From assembly GCA_963662265.2 (NCBI GenBank), contig CAXXHA010000001.1:192001-256000 (forward strand): a stretch of 64,000 nucleotides of DNA. Direction: 5' to 3'. A program made the position numbers and the translations under genes. Positions 1 through 9,361 of this stretch are shown here, piece after piece. Every line of letters begins with the position of its first letter. The stretch's first letter is position 1. A model generated the notes under the pieces. The model saw only the letters and a list, made by a program, of their open reading frames with translations. It was not told where the DNA came from and made no database searches. The stretch comes from Spirochaetia bacterium. Its GTDB lineage: Bacteria > Spirochaetota > Spirochaetia > CADAEX01.

Positions 1-659
1 ATTACCATATGCATTGACAGCCCTGAATTAAACACCCTTGCTTTTTCAAAGACAACCTGTCTAGGCATTTCCACCAGAACATACCCGGTATGAACTCCTG
101 ATTCATCATATATCCTGTCACCGACAACAATTATTGTCCTCCCTTCCCGGGAAGAGCCCATCTCCTGTGAATAGATGACAGGTCCCTGGGTCAGGTTGTC
201 AATTTCCCTGAATACTCCCCATTTATCAAGCAATCCCGGTTTATAACTCTCAGGAAAACTGGAGGTGGAGAAAATTCTGCTTCCATCCAGGTTTGTGATA
301 TGAATAACCGGTTTTATTTCTTCCGCAACCATGACTTCATACATGATTTCATAAATTTCATTGCTGTCAATCTTAAGTCCGCTTTCGGGATTCAGGGATT
401 CACTTATTTTCCGGCTGTTCTGAATATTGTCAATCATGATCTCATAAGCGGAAATCCTGCTGTTGATCCTTTCATGAAAAGTATTGATGCTAGTTACTGT
501 CTGTTCGTGAAGAGTTTTATTAAGAAAATTCAGAGAGAAGCCGTACATCAACCCCCCTATTATTATCAGGGGAAGAATACTGCACAGAATAAAGGATATG
601 AAAAGCCTCTTAAAAACAGAAATCCTGATCCGGTTCATGTTATCTATCCCTTTTTTCAT
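1..659 (-). CDS. Sensor histidine kinase (YesM-like), N-terminal part; runs off the left edge
   Basis: Manual translation, not in the ORF track: MKKGIDNMNRIRISVFKRLFISFILCSILPLIIIGGLMYGFSLNFL... TM helix followed by a periplasmic domain. Overlaps the stop of the upstream binding protein (alternative start 638). Kinase domain lies outside the window, so the call rests on N-terminal pattern and context. Confidence 0.6.
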   Translation of the reverse strand, partial: MKKGIDNMNRIRISVFKRLFISFILCSILPLIIIGGLMYGFSLNFLNKTLHEQTVTSINTFHERINSRISAYEIMIDNIQNSRKISESLNPESGLKIDSNEIYEIMYEVMVAEEIKPVIHITNLDGSRIFSTSSFPESYKPGLLDKWGVFREIDNLTQGPVIYSQEMGSSREGRTIIVVGDRIYDESGVHTGYVLVEMPRQVVFEKARVFNSGLSMHMV

Positions 660-1665
660 TAACAGAAGCCATTTGCCGCCATTTCTTAAGGATCATCTCC
701 TTCCTGTCAAATGTGGATAGATTTGAGGTATCAAAAATATTAAGAGCCGCCATTGAGGACAACCCTTTTGGAACTTTTACATCATCTCTTACAGACCTCA
801 GGTAAAAACGGTCAACCATATAGGTCTGAACCTTCCTGCTCAGTACAAATTCAATAAATATTCTTGCCGCTTCCTTGTTTTTTGCATCCTTCATAAGAGC
901 GATTGAATCATCTATCACAGGAGTGCCTTCTTTCAAGTATATAATTTCAATGTCCTTGCCCTGATGAATTAAATTGATTGCTGCTTCCTCCATTGTAATG
1001 CCGATTGCAAAATCGCCGTCTGCGACTCCGTCATAGACTTCAGATGATTTTGCAAGCATTTTACCCTCGACATTGTAAAGCAGTTTTGCGGCATTTTCCC
1101 AGTTATAATCCCCTTTCATATTCAGTTCCAGAAGAAAGGACAGGGCAATATAAGCAGACCCTGAACCTTCAGGATCTGCCAGGGCCAGACGCCCTTTCCA
1201 TCTGGGATGTAGCAGGTCGGACCAGCTGCGGCACACCTCATCCCTGGAAACAAGTTTCCTGTTGTAAATCAGGACTATTGGGAGCTGATTATAACCAAGA
1301 AGGTATTCCGCGCCGGGGTGAAGAGGTTCAAACAAGTCCCGGTATATGCCCAGATACTCCTTACCCCCGCCCCACATGATATCCATAAGATATTTATCAT
1401 CTTTTTCCTCAAGAGCACTCAGAAGATCCAGAGTACCTGCAGATGTATATTCAACCCGGATACCTGTACTTTCCTGAAACTCCTTGACAATGGGGATAAT
1501 CAGCCTTTCATTCAAAGGGCTGTATATTTTCAATGTGTGATCTTCAGGCTCCTTCTGCATCAGAAGATTCCATCCCCGCAGTTTTACTGATAATACTGAA
1601 ACAATTATCAGTAACAGCAGAAGAAAGAGAACTGCAAGTTTTTTTGTTGTTTTTCCGATCACCAT
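640..1665 (-). CDS. Extracellular solute-binding protein (Fe3+/phosphosugar ABC-type SBP family)
   Basis: ORF 640..1695; likely start 1665 after a GGAGG RBS. N-terminal hydrophobic anchor; SWSDLLHPRWKGRLALADPEGSGSA; AARIFIEFVLS. Confidence 0.8.
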   Translation of the reverse strand: MVIGKTTKKLAVLFLLLLLIIVSVLSVKLRGWNLLMQKEPEDHTLKIYSPLNERLIIPIVKEFQESTGIRVEYTSAGTLDLLSALEEKDDKYLMDIMWGGGKEYLGIYRDLFEPLHPGAEYLLGYNQLPIVLIYNRKLVSRDEVCRSWSDLLHPRWKGRLALADPEGSGSAYIALSFLLELNMKGDYNWENAAKLLYNVEGKMLAKSSEVYDGVADGDFAIGITMEEAAINLIHQGKDIEIIYLKEGTPVIDDSIALMKDAKNKEAARIFIEFVLSRKVQTYMVDRFYLRSVRDDVKVPKGLSSMAALNIFDTSNLSTFDRKEMILKKWRQMASVNEKRDR

Positions 1666-1745
1666 GTCTGAACAACCTCCGCAATCATCAGGCAATCAAA
1701 TTACTAATCCTGTCCTGATTATGGGTCCATTATACTAAGAAAAAA

Positions 1746-3032
1746 TCAGCTGAACAATCTCAGAGTGAACAGGGCAACAGACTCAGAGTATGTTACAAGT
1801 ATAAGCACTGCAAACAGAGCCAGGATAAATGGCCAGACTTCCTTGAAAAATTTTTCCAGCTGTATATCTACAATGGAACATACTGTAAACATCATGGATC
1901 CGAACGGGGGGGTCAGGCCGCCAATCATAATGTTGACTATAAAGATGATACCGAAATGCAGAGGATCAATTCCAAACATTTTTACAGCAGGCACCAGGAG
2001 AGGTGCAAGTATAACCAGGGCAGCACCGCCCTCGATAAACATCCCGATAAACAGCAGCATAACATTGATTACCATTAACAGGATAAAAGGACTGCCTGTC
2101 ATATTAACAAGGAATTCGGTAATCATCTGGGGAATTCTTTCCAGAGTCAGATAGTAGCCGAATACTTTAGCGCTGGCAATAATCGCCATAACAGCTCCTG
2201 TCCCTTTTACAGTATCCATGAGTATCAAAGGAATATGATGGGGCTTGAGCTCCTTGTAGACAAAGAATCCGACAGCTGCAGCAAATGCAACAGCAATCCC
2301 ACCGGCTTCTGTGGGGGTAAAAATACCGAAACGCATTCCCATAATAATGGCAAACGGAATAAACAGGGCCCAGATTGATTTGGAGAACTGCCTGAAAATT
2401 ACAGCAGGGGAAGCCATTGAATCACGGCTCGGCTGGTAGTTTCTCATAACAGAGATAACATGAACAGCAATCATCAGGGCAAGAGCCATTAATATACCAG
2501 GCATATATGCTGCAAGAAACATGCTTCCAACAGATACATTTGCAATAAGTGCATAAAGAATCAGGTTTGTTCCCGGAGGTATTACAGGGCTGATTGCTGA
2601 TGATGCTGCAGTTATAGCTCCTGAAAATTCTTTTGAGAAACCTTTCCTCTCCATTTCCGGTACAAGAATTTTTGACTGCATGGCTGCATCAGCATTTGCA
2701 GAACCTGATATACCGCCCATCATGGCGCTGAGAAGAACATTGACCTGTGCAAGTCCCCCTTTTGTATGTCCAACCAGGACATCTGAAAAATCCATCAGAG
2801 CCTTGCTTATGCCTGAATGGTTCATAACTGAACCAACCATAATAAAAAACGGGACAGCAAGATAAGGGAAAGATTCAACTGCTGTGACAAACTGCTGAAT
2901 CATCATCTCCATAGGCATGGATGTATTGATAAATATAAAATATGTCAGTGATGCTCCCATAAGAGCAAAAGCTATGGGGATGTTCAGAAAGAACAATGCA
3001 AACAGGACTATTACCGGTAACAGGACTTCCAT
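1746..3032 (-). CDS. dctM: TRAP transporter large permease
   Basis: 428 aa hydrophobic protein; GGISGSANADAA, PVIPPG, FTPTEAG, GGLTPPFG motifs. Confidence 0.93.
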   Translation of the reverse strand: MEVLLPVIVLFALFFLNIPIAFALMGASLTYFIFINTSMPMEMMIQQFVTAVESFPYLAVPFFIMVGSVMNHSGISKALMDFSDVLVGHTKGGLAQVNVLLSAMMGGISGSANADAAMQSKILVPEMERKGFSKEFSGAITAASSAISPVIPPGTNLILYALIANVSVGSMFLAAYMPGILMALALMIAVHVISVMRNYQPSRDSMASPAVIFRQFSKSIWALFIPFAIIMGMRFGIFTPTEAGGIAVAFAAAVGFFVYKELKPHHIPLILMDTVKGTGAVMAIIASAKVFGYYLTLERIPQMITEFLVNMTGSPFILLMVINVMLLFIGMFIEGGAALVILAPLLVPAVKMFGIDPLHFGIIFIVNIMIGGLTPPFGSMMFTVCSIVDIQLEKFFKEVWPFILALFAVLILVTYSESVALFTLRLFS

Positions 3033-3595
3033 TACTTAACCTCCTTTCCAGGGCTCATCATCTCAAGCTCTTCTTCCTGAAGCTTTTTTTCAAGATCATC
3101 TTCAATCTCAAACTTGACATCGCCGCCTGTAATTATCTTTCTGATACTCTGCGCCAGGAAATAAAGTGAATACACAGTAATCAGCGCAAAAGAAAAGACT
3201 ATGGAGCTGTATATAAACTTGTAGGAGACTTCCAGAGCTGCTGTTATTTTAGTTGAGTTCATTACATACTTGAAACTGAAAACAAACATTGTTCCTGCAA
3301 GAATAGATACAACAAATGATGTAATAAAGACAATAAACGGTCTTCCTTTCTCAGGAACCAGGTTGGTCAGCAATTCAACACCTATAAGTCCTCTGGTTTT
3401 ATATGCATTGGCAAGCCCGAGAAAGATGGTCCAGACAAAACAGCCGACAGCAATCTCTTCAGCCCAGTTAAATGTAAAGTTCAGAAAATATCTTGTAATT
3501 ACGTTCATAATGACAATTATTGTTGTAACAGTCAAAAAAACAGCACCTATGTACAACTCAAAATGAACGCCAAGTTTTCTAATGCTTTCTTTCAT
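3032..3595 (-). CDS. dctQ: TRAP transporter small permease
   Basis: 4 TM; NVITRYFLNFTFNWAEEIA; lies between dctP and dctM. Confidence 0.9.
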   Translation of the reverse strand: MKESIRKLGVHFELYIGAVFLTVTTIIVIMNVITRYFLNFTFNWAEEIAVGCFVWTIFLGLANAYKTRGLIGVELLTNLVPEKGRPFIVFITSFVVSILAGTMFVFSFKYVMNSTKITAALEVSYKFIYSSIVFSFALITVYSLYFLAQSIRKIITGGDVKFEIEDDLEKKLQEEELEMMSPGKEVK

Positions 3596-3680
3596 AGGAA
3601 TTTTCCTTCTGTTCTATCGCACGTAAAATTCACGTCCCCCCTGTGAGGAGAAGTGAACTAACGTGAATATCATATCAGCC

Positions 3681-4712
3681 CTATTGAGCTGCTTTAATCT
3701 TTTCAAGCTCAGACAGAATCCTGTCATAAATACCTGGAGTCCACTGGGGGAATTTTGTATAAACAGGAGCTGCTGCCTTAAGGAAAGCATCGCTGTTAAC
3801 TTTATTTACCTTAACACCTTCTGCTTTCAGAAGATCGATATACTCGCCTTCTGCTGAAAGAGTTGCATTTAAATTATCTTCTCTTCCCATTTCAAAAGCA
3901 TCAACAAGAATTGTTCTTTCCTCTTCTGTAAGCTTGTCCCACAGTTTTGTGGAAATAGTAACAGCAGAGACACCAAGAAGATGGTTTGTGAGAGAGTATT
4001 CTTTTACATTTTCATACTGCTTTGTACCGTAGTAAGTCATGATTGAACCTTCAACACCATTGATTACACCCTGCTGTAAAGCTGCATATGTATCGGGATA
4101 AGGCATTGCAACGGGATTTCCTCCCATAGCTTCAATCGTATATGTATAAAGCTGGCTGGTGGGTACTCTGATATTAAGTCCATCCATATCTGAAGGGTTA
4201 ATAATCGGCTTGTTAGTCATCATGCTTCTGAAACCGAAGACCCAGTCGAGAGACATGACTTTAACACCATATTCTTTTTCTATTTTCTGATTCAGTTCTT
4301 TTACAAGATCAGTCTGTGTCATTGCAAAATACTCATCAAAAGAGCTGTAAAGGAACGGCCCTGTAATAGCGTTATAATCAGGAACATAATCGCCGAGAAA
4401 ATTCACACCATCAACAAGAATCCAGTCAGAACCAGCTACAACCTGTTCCATACCATCCTTACCGATAGGCAGAACACCGCTTGTAAACAGCTGAAGTTCC
4501 AGAGATCCTCCGCTTTTTTCATTTACCTCTTCCACAACCTTTTTAAGTGAAATTGCAGTCTGTTCGTTATCAACGAATTTTGTACTGATTTTGATCACCT
4601 TTTTTTCAGCTTTTGCATCACCTTTTTCGCTTGATCCGCCTGCAAAAACTGCTGATGTAGAAAATACCAACAGAACACAAAGAATCAGAACCTGTGAAAA
4701 TATCTTTTTCAT
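3681..4712 (-). CDS. dctP: TRAP transporter substrate-binding protein
   Basis: Signal peptide; GFRSMM, DMDGLNIRVP, YAALQQGVINGVE. Confidence 0.92.
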   Translation of the reverse strand: MKKIFSQVLILCVLLVFSTSAVFAGGSSEKGDAKAEKKVIKISTKFVDNEQTAISLKKVVEEVNEKSGGSLELQLFTSGVLPIGKDGMEQVVAGSDWILVDGVNFLGDYVPDYNAITGPFLYSSFDEYFAMTQTDLVKELNQKIEKEYGVKVMSLDWVFGFRSMMTNKPIINPSDMDGLNIRVPTSQLYTYTIEAMGGNPVAMPYPDTYAALQQGVINGVEGSIMTYYGTKQYENVKEYSLTNHLLGVSAVTISTKLWDKLTEEERTILVDAFEMGREDNLNATLSAEGEYIDLLKAEGVKVNKVNSDAFLKAAAPVYTKFPQWTPGIYDRILSELEKIKAAQ

Positions 4713-4887
4713 TTCTTCCTCCTGGAAATAGAATATTCATCCAACATCTTCACTAACTTGCAAGAAAATTGGACGAATAAACTATATACCCTGAAAAAGA
4801 CAGAACAAACTGAATATACTATTATTTAGTTTAATATTATGAACTGGACTGGATTTGAGACGTTTTAATGCCGGAGAGGAAAAGAAT

Positions 4888-4929
4888 TTATTAATCCTTA
4901 ATAACTGTACAGGTATTAAGGATTAATAA
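4888..4929. terminator. 16-bp perfect inverted repeat downstream of dodecin
   Basis: TTATTAATCCTTAATA-N10-TATTAAGGATTAATAA. Confidence 0.55.
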
Positions 4930-4974
4930 TCATCAGGATTTAAAATGTAAATCTCTTAAATTATTCTGTTTTTA

Positions 4975-5190
4975 TTAATGATGTCCTTCAAATTTAAAAG
5001 ATATTTTAACTTTTGCACGGAACGCATCAATTTTTCCATCCTTGAGCTGCATATCAAGTTCGGATATTTCCGCAATTCTCAGATCCCTTAAAGTTTCAGC
5101 AGCTTTGGCAACAGCATTGGCTGCTGCTTTTTCCCATGAATCCGGGCTGGTTCCAACCAGTTCAATAATTTTATAAACAGAGTCAGGCAT
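4975..5190 (-). CDS. Dodecin (flavin-binding)
   Basis: SVYKIIELVGTSPDSWEKAA...FRAKVKISFK; 71 aa; GGAGG RBS. Confidence 0.92.
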   Translation of the reverse strand: MPDSVYKIIELVGTSPDSWEKAAANAVAKAAETLRDLRIAEISELDMQLKDGKIDAFRAKVKISFKFEGHH

Positions 5191-5445
5191 AGTTTCCTCC
5201 TGTTATTTATTAAATCAAATTCTAGTATAAATGATGCTTTTGTCAAATTTATGGTGCTTACTGCACAGTGCTGCTCTATTGCATCGCCCAGTCACCAGAT
5301 GCTGAATTACCTTGATTATTGATGAAAAACAATTCGGATTAAATTATTTTCACATAAACCAGTCTAATAAAACTACATTCCATTGCCATGTAGATTATAA
5401 TATTTTATAGATTTGATAATTTAAATATTAATAAGGAGTATAACC

Positions 5446-7077
5446 TTGAATAATACAGGGAAGGAAAAGCCGCTGTTTGATATACACCCGGCAGTGTTTT
5501 TTTCATCTGCAGCTATCATAATCGGATTTGTCGTTATTTCTATTATTTTCAACCAGATGATCGGCAATTTTTTCACATCTTTTTTAAGAACTATTACAGA
5601 AACCACAGGATGGTTTTTCACTTCAGCTGTCAATATTATTCTTGCATTTATATTATATCTCATGTTCAGTAAATACGGGGAAATACGGCTTGGAGGAGAT
5701 GATGCTGAACCTGATTTCTCCACATTAAGCTGGTTTGCCATGCTGTTTTCTGCAGGAATGGGAATTGGTCTTTTATTTTACGGTGTTGCTGAACCCATGT
5801 TTCATTATCTTTCACCCCCTTTCGGAGAGGGACGGACTATTGAATCGGCAAGACTCGCAATGGGTTTTACATTCATGCACTGGGGGCTTCATGCATGGTC
5901 TGTTTATGCACTTATTGCACTTGCTCTTGCATTTTTCAGCTTCAACAAGGGGCAGCCTTTATCAATCAGGTCTATTTTTTATCCTATTCTGGGGGAAAAG
6001 ATTCACGGTCTCTGGGGCAATATTATAGATATTCTTGCAACTGTTGCCACACTGTTCGGAGTCGCAACATCACTCGGGATTGGTGTCCAGCAGATAAACG
6101 CCGGATTTGCCCATCTTTTCGGAATTGAACAGAATCATACTGTTCAGCTTATCCTGATTGCAGTAATCACTGCTATTGCAACAATTTCCGTTGTAAGGGG
6201 GCTGGATGCAGGAATCAGAAAACTGTCGGAAATAAATATATGGCTTGCACTTTCATTACTTTTGTTTGTTTTCATATGCGGCCCTACCCTCTTCATACTC
6301 AACAGTTTTTTTGAAAACACCGGCTCTTACCTTCAGCTTTTCCCGAAAATTGCAACATGGAACGAAGCGCTGGAAAACACAGGATGGCAGAACAGCTGGA
6401 CAGTATTTTACTGGGCATGGTGGATTGCCTGGTCACCGTTTGTCGGAATGTTTATTGCAAGGGTAAGCAGGGGGCGAACAATAAGGGAATTCCTGATGGG
6501 AGTACTCTGCATACCGACAATAGTTACATTCTTATGGATGACAGTCTTCGGAGATTCAGCCCTTTATATTGAACTTTTCGGTGGGGGAGGAATTGCAGAT
6601 GCTGTTACTGAAAATGTACCTCTTTCTCTTTTCCTCCTTCTTGAGAGATTTCCTCTCTCCTATATATCATCAATTCTCGGGGTCCTTGTAGTTATAAGTT
6701 TTTTTGTCACATCTTCTGATTCAGGTTCCATGGTTATTGATATCATAACAGCAGGAGGGAATCCTGATCCGCCTATTCCCCAGAGACTGTTCTGGGCAAT
6801 ACTTGAAGGTGTTGTTGCAGGAGCACTGCTTTTGGGAGGAGGTCTTACCGCTCTACAGTCAGCTGTTGTTGCAACAGGGCTTCCCTTTGGAATTGTACTT
6901 ATTATACTCTGTTTCAGCCTGAAAAAAGGTCTTAATGAATATACAGGGGTACAGACATTCTCTGTCAAAAGAGCTGTAAAAATAAAGCCCCAGAAATTTC
7001 AGATAGAAAGTGCAGATGCACCATTTGTAGTATTTGAGAAGAAGAAAAAAAAGAAGGGGGGAAATAAAAATGTATAA
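5446..7077 (+). CDS. BCCT family betaine/choline/carnitine transporter
   Basis: SWFAMLFSAGMGIGL, HWGLHAW, WTVFYWAWWIAWSPFVGMFIARVSRGRTIREF signature. Confidence 0.95.
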   Translation: MNNTGKEKPLFDIHPAVFFSSAAIIIGFVVISIIFNQMIGNFFTSFLRTITETTGWFFTSAVNIILAFILYLMFSKYGEIRLGGDDAEPDFSTLSWFAMLFSAGMGIGLLFYGVAEPMFHYLSPPFGEGRTIESARLAMGFTFMHWGLHAWSVYALIALALAFFSFNKGQPLSIRSIFYPILGEKIHGLWGNIIDILATVATLFGVATSLGIGVQQINAGFAHLFGIEQNHTVQLILIAVITAIATISVVRGLDAGIRKLSEINIWLALSLLLFVFICGPTLFILNSFFENTGSYLQLFPKIATWNEALENTGWQNSWTVFYWAWWIAWSPFVGMFIARVSRGRTIREFLMGVLCIPTIVTFLWMTVFGDSALYIELFGGGGIADAVTENVPLSLFLLLERFPLSYISSILGVLVVISFFVTSSDSGSMVIDIITAGGNPDPPIPQRLFWAILEGVVAGALLLGGGLTALQSAVVATGLPFGIVLIILCFSLKKGLNEYTGVQTFSVKRAVKIKPQKFQIESADAPFVVFEKKKKKKGGNKNV

Positions 7078-7753
7078 AAACACGGCACTGAAGTTTTCTT
7101 CCGGTTGTTTTCTTCTGGTAAGAAAAAAAGGAGATTCTGTTGTATTCCTCGGTACTTCATTTTTAATACATGAAGAGGGATATCTCATTACAGCTGCTCA
7201 TCTTCTGGAAAATGATTATGACAACCTGATGGTTGTAAGGCCGCATGATTCTGAGGACTTTACACCTTTCAGTTTTGATACAGTATCAGCTATAGAAGTT
7301 GAAACATCAGAAGTTGACCCTGTTCACAATGCAGCACTTCTCAGGTTCAGGAAAAAGTTTTTTATAGAAACTCCTGATCATCTATCAGGGTCTGCCGAAT
7401 CCACAGTTATAGGAACATCTCTTCTCTGTTTCGGATTTCCATTCGGGCACCAGGACCTGCACAACCTGACTGCACAGGGTACAATGCTCAGCAGCAAAAT
7501 AGTATCAGACAACGGGACAAAACTGCTGCTTTTCGACAGCACTGTACATGAAGGGATGTCCGGGGGACCGCTTGTTAATGCAGATGACGGCAGGGTTATA
7601 GGTATAATAATCGGCAGATTTTCACCGCTTGAAGACGGGGGTGATTTTGTTAAAGGCAATGAGCATCCTGATTACCAGACAGGATTCAGTTATGCTGTCT
7701 CAATTGAATATGCCATAAGACTGCTAGAAAAATGCGGGCTTGAAGCTGTCTGA
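7070..7753 (+). CDS. Trypsin-like (S1) serine protease domain protein, no signal peptide
   Basis: GYLITAAH, GFPFG, EGMSGGPL. ATG at 7070 overlaps the BCCT stop. Confidence 0.8.
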   Translation: MYKNTALKFSSGCFLLVRKKGDSVVFLGTSFLIHEEGYLITAAHLLENDYDNLMVVRPHDSEDFTPFSFDTVSAIEVETSEVDPVHNAALLRFRKKFFIETPDHLSGSAESTVIGTSLLCFGFPFGHQDLHNLTAQGTMLSSKIVSDNGTKLLLFDSTVHEGMSGGPLVNADDGRVIGIIIGRFSPLEDGGDFVKGNEHPDYQTGFSYAVSIEYAIRLLEKCGLEAV

Positions 7754-7776
7754 TTTTCTTTTTAATTTTTAAAAAA

Positions 7777-7817
7777 TAAAAGAGCTGAAGCCAGTTATTC
7801 CGGATTCAGCTTTTTTA
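7777..7817 (+). terminator. Intrinsic terminator after BCCT-protease
   Basis: GAGCTGAA...TTCAGCTT followed by a T-run. Confidence 0.55.
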
Positions 7818-7922
7818 TTCAAACAAGCATTGCTCCTGTAATAGAGATTCCAGTTACTGCAATTTTTTCTACTGGAAAATCCTCTCGCGAAAACATGCAT
7901 GAGGGCTATAGTCAAAAGGCAT

Positions 7923-8381
7923 CTATTCTGCAGAGTAATCAATTACATTCATTCTCTGGTATCTGAATATTTCATCCTCTTTAAAAAAACGTCTGATTTC
8001 AAGGAGAGCTTCATCAGCTGTTGCAGATGCGTGGACAACATTGCATCTCACTGATATGGAAAAGTCGCCCCTTATTGTACCGGGGAGAGCCTCTCTCGGA
8101 TTTGTTGCCCCGGTCAGGGTCCTGACCCTTTTAACAATATCATACCCCTCCAGCGCCATTGCAATCAGGGGTGTAATCATCATTGAATCTTTGAGATCTG
8201 CAAAGAATGGTAAATCCCTGAGATGAGCATAGTGTTCATCGATAAGTTTCTCATTCATCTGGAGCATTTTAAGCCCGACAATCTTAATTCCCTTTCTTTC
8301 AAATCTGGTTATTATTTCTCCCACAAGTTCCCGCTGGACAGCACCGGGTTTTATGAGTATCAGGGTAGTTTCTTTCTGCAT
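7923..8381 (-). CDS. ndk: Nucleoside diphosphate kinase
   Basis: ETTLILIKP, GATNP, PGTIRGDF, NVVHAS (catalytic His). Start at 8381 after GGAGAGG. Confidence 0.95.
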   Translation of the reverse strand: MQKETTLILIKPGAVQRELVGEIITRFERKGIKIVGLKMLQMNEKLIDEHYAHLRDLPFFADLKDSMMITPLIAMALEGYDIVKRVRTLTGATNPREALPGTIRGDFSISVRCNVVHASATADEALLEIRRFFKEDEIFRYQRMNVIDYSAE

Positions 8382-8459
8382 AATACCTCTCCATACTGTT
8401 ACTGAAATATTATAACATTCCAATACAGTCTTACAAATCTGCAATGCCGTCGGATCCTG

Positions 8460-8699
8460 CTATTTATAATCATTTTCATCATAATATTCCGGGTACATTT
8501 TCTTTGCACATTCTTCACAGAGGCTGTGACTGAATTCCGCTTCTGAATGATCCCTAATATAGGCTTCCAGCTGATTCCAATACCCCTTGTCATCCCTGAT
8601 TTTTTTACAGTGGGAACATATAGGCAGTATACCTTTCAGAGTTTTAATTTCAGTTAAAGCATTCTGCAGTTCAATAATTGACTTTTCTCTCTGCTCCAC
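8460..8699 (-). CDS. Small coiled-coil plus Cys-rich domain protein (CxxCKKIRD...SHxxCxxC), possibly a fragment
   Basis: LKGILPICSHCKKIRDDKGYWNQLEAYI...FSHSLCEEC; this module is usually seen C-terminal to sensor or receiver domains. Confidence 0.6.
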   Translation of the reverse strand: MEQREKSIIELQNALTEIKTLKGILPICSHCKKIRDDKGYWNQLEAYIRDHSEAEFSHSLCEECAKKMYPEYYDENDYK

Positions 8700-8801
8700 C
8701 AGTTCATGCTCTTTTTTACGGCTCTGTTCAAAGTTATGTAGATTTATTCAGCGCTGTCTCATCCTGCAACAATATAATATCGACATCCCCCCCTGTTTAA
8801 T

Positions 8802-9005
8802 TTAAAAATCGATATACCCCTTATCCATAGCCAGTTCATATTCATCAGGGTAATCTGCAAGATCGTTTATTTTTACTTCATAATAATCATAATAATTAAA
8901 ATCAGGGTCATCTTCATATCTCTGATACTCACGTTCAACCTCTTTTTCAGATGCATAAACTCCCTTTAATTTCACACCATCAGTAAGAAACCACAGTCTT
9001 TTCAT
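8802..9005 (-). CDS. Hypothetical acidic protein, 67 aa
   Basis: AAGGAG RBS before the ATG; protein-like composition. Confidence 0.65.
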   Translation of the reverse strand: MKRLWFLTDGVKLKGVYASEKEVEREYQRYEDDPDFNYYDYYEVKINDLADYPDEYELAMDKGYIDF

Positions 9006-9361
9006 TGTTACGATCTCCTTGAAAACAGATAAAGAGGCTGCTGATTCTAATGTTCATAGATATTCGGGAGAGAGGATTGGAACCTATCCTAACCTCCTAC
9101 TTATACCTCAACTTAAAATCGCTGATTTTTCAGCCACTTTATCCAAAAAGATATAAGCAGACATTGTTAGCATATAGGTTCCTTTGTCTGCTGCAAAATA
9201 TAAATTCAATATATTCCTTTTCCGGAATTTGTCAATCAGAAAATAATATTTAATGTTCACATATTATAAAAATAATTTAATCAGAGTTTTCTCTTTTTTA
9301 ATATCAACTCTTTTATTTTCAGGGAAATATCAGAAACAATGAAGTCTGAACAAAGGTATTA

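Noticed and set aside
7848-7877. Second MerR operator (TCCAGTTACTGCA)
   Set aside because: Lies between convergent genes with no -35/-10 pair; more likely part of a hairpin.
8748-8750. Selenocysteine at the in-frame TGA
   Set aside because: Not at a Cys-motif position, and no convincing hairpin immediately downstream.
9061-9143. Functional tRNA gene
   Set aside because: Acceptor and anticodon stems do not pair; no D-loop GG and no CCA. Kept only as a possible remnant.
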